Translations under genes and position numbers: made by a program
NCBI RefSeq assembly: GCF_009914755.1
Contig: NC_060947.1
Length of the DNA stretch: 64,000 nucleotides
Reading direction: 5' to 3' (one strand)
DNA from: the human T2T-CHM13v2.0 reference genome, Homo sapiens
Notes under the pieces: model-generated
The model's input: only the letters and a program-made list of their open reading frames with translations
Told to the model about the DNA's origin: nothing
The model's database searches: none
Part shown: one piece after another, positions 54,740-64,000 of the stretch
Layout of the letters: the number at the start of each line of letters is the position of its first letter
How positions within the stretch are numbered: position 1 is the stretch's first letter

Positions 54740-54899
54740 AAATTACATGGGTATGGTGAAACATGCCTGTAGTCCCAGTGACTCTGGAGGCTGAGGTAGA
54801 AGAGTCGCTTGAGCCCAGGAGTTAAAAGTGGCAGTGAGCTATGATCGCACCCCTGCACTCCAGCCTGGGTGACAATGAGACTGAGTCTCAAAAAAAAAA
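54740..54899 (+). mobile_element. FRAM / AluJ right monomer
   Basis: CATGCCTGTAGTCCCAG..CGCTTGAGCCCAGGAGTT..GTGAGCTATGATCGCACCCCTGCACTCCAGCCTGGG plus poly-A. Confidence 0.88.
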
Positions 54900-57159
54900 T
54901 CGTATTTCACACCACTTAGATAAAATCATATAAATATTTCAATATCACTCCTGGATTAAATAAAATCATATGTAAACATTTACTTAAGCTAAATTATTTT
55001 TTAAAGGGGTATGCTATCTATAAGACTTGGGCAATTTACTTAGTTTCCCTGTAAAATGGAATATTCTTTACCTATAAAATGGGTATTCCTTACCTTTGAT
55101 ATGAGAGTTAAATGGAATAGTGTAATTATATACCTAGCTGTAAAATAGCTATAGCTAATTCTCCATTAAAAATATTCACTTGTACACATGCACACAACCA
55201 ATTAAGACTTCAAATTAAGGCATGTATACATTCTGTAGAGTTTCAAATATAACTTTGGAAAATACAGCAGCCATATTTACTTATATGTTAATATGCAGAT
55301 ATTGAGATTATTAGATTATGTTACAATATGCTGTTCATAACTGAGTTGTTTAGTCAATGTTTCCTACTTTTTTATTGTTAAAACAGCACAGCTATGAAGT
55401 GCAGTTATCTTAATTTAGCTATAACTAAGACTAATGTGGATCTGGAGGCTCATCTAATTGCACCCTCAAGATCAACAGGATTTAGTTAAATCTCATCTTC
55501 CCCATGTGTAGCTGGACCTTAACATTCTATGATTCTTCATTAATCAGCCAATTTTTTTCAGGGCAAAGGCTGCTTCTCAGTTGTCAAATAGACAAACTTG
55601 AAAGCTATATGATAACTCTTAAGATTGTCAAACAATTATAGTTGGCCGAAAGCAGTAATACACTCTGTCTCACTTTTGGGACCTGAATTATCTAAAAGTT
55701 AACTTTAGTTTGGAATGAACTTTAATTAATTCCAGGAAACAAAAACCAGTAAGAAGCAAATTATTTCACCAAGTTATTACATTCATTTTTTATGATTATC
55801 TTCAATGGATTTGATGGTAAGAATGTGAATTAATAAATTAGATGTATATGATATTAAGCTAAACTAACCTAGATTTTCAGTAAGAGATTAAGAAATCTAA
55901 GGTCATTATGATTCAACCTTTCCTTCCCTATAAACTTTCAGAAAACCCTCTTTGCTACTCTCTCTTCTCGGGATCTTCATCTCCAAGGGAGGGGATTCCA
56001 ATAAAATCAGAAAAGAAAAAAGGCTTATATTATTTGGCATTTGATATTCTTAAATCCTACTGTTCTTATTACAGTAGATCTGGCATCATATGGTAATGAG
56101 GTTTTATTTTAAATGAAAATCCTCAAGACTAAGTAGAAAAACATGGACACAAAATTATGTATTTGATTTCAGGTATGTGAAAATATGTATGAGATTGACA
56201 GTAGTTATATATGGGGGTTAGCATCACCTGGAACTTTTTAAAACTATTTTTTTTCATTTTTCAAACTTTGTACAATGAACATGTATGTTATTTATGAGCA
56301 ATGCAATTAAGTGATATTTTAAAACATTGTGGAAACTTTTTTTGCTATAGACTGAAACTCAAAATTCTACTTCTATAACTAAAATCTTCAGTCTGTAAAT
56401 TTCTGAAAATACATTAATAATATATAATATCATAATATATTCTAATAAGAAAGCACATCAGACACTGTCTGTTTCAAGGCTGTGCTTGATGAACCTTTGA
56501 ACTTATAGCTTGTTATGGAGAGTAGAGAAGAGAATGGCTGTGTTCTCAGCAGTTGTGTTTTTCCAAAGACCATGCCTCAAGGCAATGCAGGGGCACCTTT
56601 TAACTCATGAACAAATGTGTTTGTTGATTAAACGTCCAGACTCAGTAATCACAGCCCAGCAGAGAGCTTCGTGACATATCTTTCCACCTATTTCATAGTC
56701 TAGTTTTCTAGGATATTCTCCTGAGAAAATCTTTAGGAAAAAAAGTGAATGACATATGGTTCATTCTATGTAGTGTCTGAAGGTCTGTTTCTATAGCAAC
56801 AATTAACAGGCTAAATGTTAGGATTTGAAACATTCTATAGCTACCATTGCTTATGTTAACAACAAACTTTAGGGAAACTTCTGACCTTATAGTAGTGACT
56901 TTGAAAGAGTGAATTGTTTTCAAGAATTTATTTTTTTTCTAAATCTGCAGTAGTCAGGATATAAAGGAGAAATGTGTCTTCTGGCGCCCCTTTTCCTATC
57001 TGCTTCTCTACTTCAGATGTTTATTTTTGTATTTCTGCTCATATCCTCCCAAATTGTAAATATGAAACTTTGAAACATTATAATTATGATACGTAATCAG
57101 GGCCAATCAATGCCCTTAAGTCAAAATGCATAGCATGATGAGATACTTTATATTGCATA

Positions 57160-57350
57160 GTGTCTTAAAAAATTATAACATCTATTATTTCATTTAAGCC
57201 TCCCAATAATCCCTTCAAGTACATAAGACAGGTATTATAGTCACTCAATAGATGGGTATGTAAGTTATGGTTGAGTGTCTTCCCTAAGATGTATTAAAAG
57301 CAGAGGCAGTTTTAGAATCCATGTTTTCTGCCTCTAAACTCTATACTGTC
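57160..57350 (-). mobile_element. MIR, degraded
   Basis: TATTATTTCATTTAAGCCTCCCAATAATCCCT..GGCAGTTTTAGAATCCATGTTTTCTGCCTCTAAA. Confidence 0.55.
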
Positions 57351-58355
57351 TCCAGATAGTTTTCTTGATACTGTATTCATTATTATGGTCTAGGAAGTTG
57401 ATGAATCTTAAATTCAATTCATAGTTTCACATCATGTGTTCACAATTCCAAAATCATATTTATCTAAACTTCGAAGAAATACGGAAGTATAGTTAATATG
57501 ATTAGAGCTAAATGTCTCAGGCACTGGGCCAGTTGCTACCTTTTGCTTCTACATTGTGTCTACAAAACAAGCAAACTAAAATATCTGTAAATATTACATT
57601 AACATTTTCTTCAACATAGATGTATTATTAAAAATCTAGTGGCATAATTATAAGACAACTGTCATACTCAGCAGCAAATGTTCTACATTATTTAATACAT
57701 CTTCAATGAGCCAGGTCAGAGGGTGGTATGCATATGGTAGAAGTGCAAAAATATTCCTTCTTATAAAAATAGACAATAAAACCCAACACAATCCAACTTG
57801 GTTAATTGGAACAGCATGGCAAAAAGAGATTTGATTAAGCCCTTTTTACTTTTAATTTCAACTCTTATAGTAGTACATCCTTCTAAAATGCAGAAGTCTT
57901 CCATTCAGGTTTTTAGTCAATGATCTAATCTGTCATTTTCATCTATGGAAGAATTCCAGGGGATACCAAAGAAGTTACTAATCTATATCCACAGGGTAGA
58001 AAGGGACTTTGGAATGGTGGAGTCTAATTTTTTCTTAATGTGTTGTACTTAATCTAACATTAGCTTGTTGAAAGTTTATTTTATGTTCTCGCCTTGACAT
58101 TTCCAAATTAGGCACCTTTGGCATTTACATTACTCTTTTTATTTCCCGGAGCTTTGTTGTAGTACACTGAAATAATGACTCATCATACAATATGTGATGA
58201 CCTAAAATAGTTGCTGTAGCTTCCCAATGTGCCAGAAAGAAATAGCTGAAGCCCTGACATCTTGTTTCATTAAACAAAAATTCAAAGTAATGGCAGTTGC
58301 CAAAGAACATAAAATATTATTATGTTGAAAGATTTTCTAAGTTTTTAAGACTTTT

Positions 58356-58712
<357 letters not shown>

Positions 58713-59504
58713 TAAGAACCCTGAAAATCATCTGCCTGCAATCATAAGTTTTGTCTGTAGCTTCCTAATGCATATAGAAAAAAACCACAATAAATGAAAT
58801 TGACTAATCTAGCAAAATGCCTAAGCAAATAGACTCCCTCTCCAACATTCAGAATTATCTTTAATCTTGTGATATAATTACCTCAATTATCCATAACCAT
58901 TATTCCATGCTGAAAACAGAAATGTGTTCCACTTCAGCTTTCTGAGGTAAAAAAAAAAGGACTAACTTTTGAAGAGGAAAACAAAACAATCATTTGAGCT
59001 GCAAAGTGTTTCCATTTTTATGCACATTAAAAAATCCATTTGGAAAGGAAGAATTCATTGTAATCTGCAAGAGTAACACATTTTGAATTGTAATACACAT
59101 ATTTTATTTCATACGAATTTATTAATTATTGACAGAAGTACTCATGAGAGTGTTTAAGTTGGAATGTGGGATATCATGTGTCAAAAAAAGGCTCACATAA
59201 TTTGTTATTATTGCTCTATGACACTCTTTTGTTTTTGTGCTTTTTGCCTTTAGATCAGAATGAATATGCTCTGCACAATTTGTTAAATCTTTAGAAAACC
59301 ATCAAAAGACCACTCTGGAATTATTTGCATTGAGCCAAAAACTATTCGGATAACAGGTGGCCTGAGTGGGTGTGTGTGAAATTCAAGGGATAGAAGGAAA
59401 GCAAGATTTGCTTACTTGAAATCCTCCTTCAGTTCAGTGATGGGACTCCTTAATTGAATTCAAATCCTGAGCAATTGTATTTGATTTCCTTTCTGTATTA
59501 ATAA

Positions 59505-59870
59505 AGGCATAGAGGCATAAAAGTGTTTAACATGTTCAAGAAACATAATATGGTTTGTGTTAGATGTGTTGGCATATGTGCTTGTTGTGTACTTGCAGGG
59601 CCCGTGTTGAAGGGGGAAATGAGAAGTAGGTTGTGGAAATTTTGTTTAAGATCTAAAGAGTTTGGGTTTTACTGTGTGGTCAATATAGATTTCCTGAGCT
59701 GATTGACAACATGATTTTATCTCATACGGGAAATAAACTATGGTGGCAATTTTGAGAAGAACTGAAATGGGTAAGAGTCTGGAAGCAAGGAAAAATATGG
59801 CGAGACTATTGGAATAATCTAGATGAAAGTTGATGAGGGCCTAGATAAAAGGAAGAGACAGATTCAGACA
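59505..59870 (-). mobile_element. LINE-2 fragment
   Basis: TAAAGAGTTTGGGTTTTACT..CTGGAAGCAAGGAAA..GACTATTGGAATAATCTAGATGAAAGTTGATGAGGGCCTAGA. Confidence 0.7.
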
Positions 59871-60769
59871 GTTTGATGATTCAACTCTTAAATTATCTGG
59901 AAAAACTATGTCTCAATGAAATATTAGTTTTTTTTTTCTTCTTTTTAGAGGACAAACCTCAGTTAACTACAAGAAAATGTTCAACCCTATAAAATGATGA
60001 AGCACTTACTAGAATTTTAACCACGGTACAATGAAACAGTATACTAAACAAAAATAAAAATGCCATTTTTTGTCACCAGTTTCTTAATGACAAAATAAGG
60101 CCTTATATTTTGAAACAACATAAGACTTGATAATTTTCAAAATTAAAAAGCTCAGAAGGTAATTCCTCATTAACAATAGATCACACTGGCCTTTAATGTA
60201 TGTAAACAATCTTGAGTATTGTCAATAAAGGAGGAAAGGATGATAATTACAAACAGACTAAGCTTCTTGCAATTGTTTTCTGCCTACTCAAATAGAACAT
60301 AAGAGAGCTCAGTCCCGTGTACCCAAGGTTAGGAAAAAAGGAAATATTACTGTGTCCATTTTTAATGTCACCACTTTTCCCTTCTATGGCTTACCAGATC
60401 ATCAAAATGATCCTCTAATGCCGTGGCTAAAAGAATAGATGTCCTAAAGCACTCTTTTTTTTTTCTATTTTCTCGAGCTTTCGTGATAGATAAGATCGTT
60501 CAGTACTGCTTTGAAACAACGACATTTTATAATATAAAATTACTTTTGAATCAGAAGGTCTGGCCATTCTTCTCTCCTCTTTCCTGTGCTTTGAATTATT
60601 TTTGGACCCCAGCATAATTCAAGGTAAATAGATCCTGTGTGAATAAAGTATGGGCAGAATGATTCTTTCTCTGCACATGTAGTAAATATTAAACATTGAT
60701 CAGACAGTTATGTGCATGAGAAAATATCTTGAGACTGTGTATTTGGTGTTTCTCTTTCCCTCTCTGTCT

Positions 60770-60770
<1 letters not shown>

Positions 60771-60812
<42 letters not shown>
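60771..60812. repeat. Perfect (AC)21 microsatellite
   Basis: 42 bp of uninterrupted AC. Confidence 0.98.
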
Positions 60813-60816
<4 letters not shown>

Positions 60817-61774
60817 AGAAAGATTGATGTGAAACAGACCTAAATTAAAAAGGTCAAACTAACCCCCTTCAAATCCTGTCAACCTTCCCACCTATATTCT
60901 TACTTCCATGTTCCTAATTGAAATTGGAAAAAAAGTAATAGGCGAAACTACACAATGCTGGTGTTGATTTGGCAGTGAGGGTCGAGATAAGAGAGAGAAA
61001 ACTAAGCTCTAGTGATGCAGTGGCAGATTGGCGATTAGTAGGCAGACCATTCTGGGGAATGAATAGAGCCTCATGAGTAATTATTTAACATGAAAGATAG
61101 TGTTTACATTGCTCTTCCCTGCCTGTTTCACATTCTGGTAATCATAATCTTGTGAGGCTCAAATGAGATAATGAATGTGAAAGTGCTTTGTAAAGTATCA
61201 TAGATTTTAAGGACATTATACATTTAGGTCTAGGTAACAACATTTCAGAAGATATAGGAATTTTCATCTCCCACCCCCCATTCAGTTTCTCACGGATTGC
61301 TTTGAAACTGTTAGCCTTAAGAGTTCCATTTTTATTATGTAACTACATAGTTAGAAAAGGTAAGAATTTCACTAATAAAATATTCTTGCTGCCCAGTAAT
61401 CAGACAATTAACAGGGTTCTGTTCCCCCACAAACAAGACATCCTCCTGGGCTTCCTCAAGAGTTTCCTCAAGAAAAAAGTTAAAAATAAATAAAGTAAAA
61501 ATACAAAGCAGAAAAGTAAAATGTTGGAAACACAAACTTACTAAGCCACACCTTGGAAACACAGCTAGATTTTTAGTTTCTAAGAATTTAAGAGTCTAAG
61601 AGATGATTATGTGAACAATTATGAATTAAGCCCCTCCTGTGGGCAGGGGCCTGATTATTTTCCTATTTTTCTTATTCCATACTTAATAGGGGGTTGTTAT
61701 ATACTTTGCTTTTTCTACACACAGTGCTGGCTTATCCTTGGCAGTCTTAAAGAACCTTAATATCACAGATTTTT

Positions 61775-62086
61775 ATTTTTTAAATTTATTTATTATTATT
61801 ATTAGAGACAGAGTCTTGCTCTGCTGCCCAGTCCTGAGTTCAGTGGTGTGATTTCGGCTCACTGAAACCTCCACCTCCCAGGTTCAAGTGATTCTCTCGC
61901 CTCAGCCTCCTAAGTAGCTGGGCTCACAGGCACGCTCTACCATGCCTGGCTAATTGTTGTATTTTTAGTAGAGATGGGGTTTCACCATGTTGGCCAGGCT
62001 GGTCTTGAATTCCCGGACTCAAGTCATCTGCCCGTCTCGGCCTCCCAAAGTGCTGGAATTACAAATGTGAGCCACTGCACCTTGCC
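61775..62086 (-). mobile_element. AluS/J, full length
   Basis: Reverse dimer; TSD core ACAGATTTTTA on both sides. Confidence 0.93.
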
Positions 62087-62790
62087 CAGTGTGACAGATT
62101 TTTAAAAGCGAAGATGACCTTGGAGATAATCCAGTGAGAAAATCACACTCAACTGGAATGTAAACTCCATGAAATAAGCCATTTCATACTCACAACTCTA
62201 TTACTAAACCTAATAGCTTGCAATAATACATAAGAGATGTAAACAGAAGAGGAAATTACATGTTAAAAAGATAGAGTCTTGCCCAGGTTCACAAAAATAG
62301 AATCTAGGTCTTCACTTCTAGCTCAGTGCTTTTCCCATCATGCCACACTGAGCCTCCTGAAGGATATGATGTCTTCTCCAAATCAGTATAATTTAAGTTC
62401 TAGAATAATGTTTTCTTGGTTACTAATGTGTAACTCATACTAAATTCATAACTTTTGAATTGGATTATACTGATTTATATCTGCATATTACAAACTATAC
62501 CTACTTCACTTGATTTTACTATTGGGCATTTTTTGTTACAATTTGTTTACTTAAATTTGGAACTGTAGAGAAAATAAACAGAATTAGATGACCAAAATAA
62601 CAGAAAGGAAATTGTTTCATCTTTGAATAGACAATAGTTAATTACCAGGTCCTAAAGCCACTTCTAATACCCATGAAGTTTCTTAGTTATCTTGCCAAGA
62701 ATGAAAAATAAATGAAATTATGCAAAACATTAGTTGGTAGGTTAAATTCTGTGGCAATTAAAAGCAATTTATTAAGTGAGTAATGTATAC

Positions 62791-63327
62791 CATAGAGAAG
62801 GAAAAACTTAGCCTCTACACTTCTAGGGTGTTTTTCCGGCGGAGCCTGATAATTAAATTGACATAAGACAGAACAACAGGAGAAAAGCATACAAGTGTAT
62901 TTAATACAAACTACATAACACAGGAGACTTAAGAAAATGAAGACCCAAAGACATCATTAGAGCTGAACACCTATATGCTGAATTGGACAAAAAGTAATAA
63001 GCTGTGAAAATGTGACAAGGCAAAAGTTCTAGGGCTATGGGACTTGTTTGGGTGGAGATGTGGGCAGGAAATAAGGGTTAGTCTGACATAGTGTGTTTGT
63101 ACAGATTTTTCTTGGTCTCACCTTCTCATCCTTGATGGTAAGAATGAAACTTTCCTTCTAGTATAAGGAAGATATCTTTCACATGGGGATTTCATCTCTT
63201 GTTTCTAAGAAACAGAATGAAGTTTGGATGATCTTCTTGTATCTGCTTTTCTTCAAGTGTCTTTAACTCAGAATAGTCAATATTCCAGAATGGCATATTT
63301 TAGGGTGGCATATTCTTAACTCCTTCA
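62791..63327 (-). mobile_element. ERV1 solo LTR (MER34-like)
   Basis: Reverse strand begins TGAAGGAGTTAAGAATATGCCACCCTAAAATATGCCATTCTGG. 4-bp TSD ATAC at 62787-62790 and 63328-63331. Confidence 0.82.
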
Positions 63328-64000
63328 ATACAAAAAGGCTTGTGTAGAGACTTTATTTAAAGCAACATTTAATGTTAATTTTTTTTAAATTATATGTCCC
63401 TTTATCCTATTTGTTTCAAAATTTTGCTACTTCAAACCTAACACTTTCCACAGAAAAAGCCTGTCATTGCCTTCTAGGGATAAAATACTGCCATGCAGAA
63501 CATGGTGCACATATTAGACATTTAAGTAATTTAGATGCTGGAAGGGAATGTAACATATTATACTTGTTAACATTGTTGACAGCAACATGGAAAGCTCATT
63601 TTGTCTGATTACCAGCCTTATGCTTCATCCGGAATCTTATTTCAATATTTAATACATTTCAGCATCTTCCTTTCTTATATCAAAGTTAAATATATTGTAC
63701 CCAAATTTTATCCTCTTCCATATTCCATTCCCTTAGTGGAAATTGAGGACAGTTGGTCATTTTATTCTGGGTAAGATTACTATTTACACTTATATAGCAT
63801 TGTTAAATCACCTCCTTGATCTTTGCCAGGCTTAATAATTATTATAATTAACATCTTTTGAGTTCCTACTAGGTATTATGTACTTTTACTTGCTGTATTT
63901 TATATGTTTCCCACAACTCTTTGAAATAGATGTTACCTCTATTTTAAAGATGAAACAATTGATGCTTCAAGAGAACGACTTATCCTAGATCAACTAGTGG

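Overview
AT-rich primate (human-like) genomic DNA with no credible protein-coding exon. Four small-RNA genes are recognisable by sequence on the + strand: the H/ACA snoRNA SNORA35/HBI-36 (13309-13436) and the pre-miRNAs MIR764 (21947-22031), MIR1912 (34046-34125) and MIR1264 (35157-35225). That set and order places the window inside the large 5' intron of HTR2C (serotonin receptor 2C, Xq23), transcribed on +. The identifications are from memory of these sequences plus the visible folds, not from a database search. The rest is about 17 Alu pieces, L1/L2/MIR fragments, MaLR and ERV1 solo LTRs, DNA-transposon relics and microsatellites; all listed ORFs look spurious. Most notable observations: (i) the mir-764 and mir-1264 hairpins share near-identical basal arms over an identical 67-nt span, which points to a common (LINE-2 tail-to-tail) origin and makes miR-764-5p complementary to miR-1264-3p across its seed; (ii) an Alu is flanked by a ~90-bp direct repeat; (iii) there are several local templated duplications and template-switch scars; (iv) inverted Alu pairs lie near the small-RNA genes. 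I see no evidence of a wholly new gene system. Boundaries and subfamilies of old repeats are approximate.
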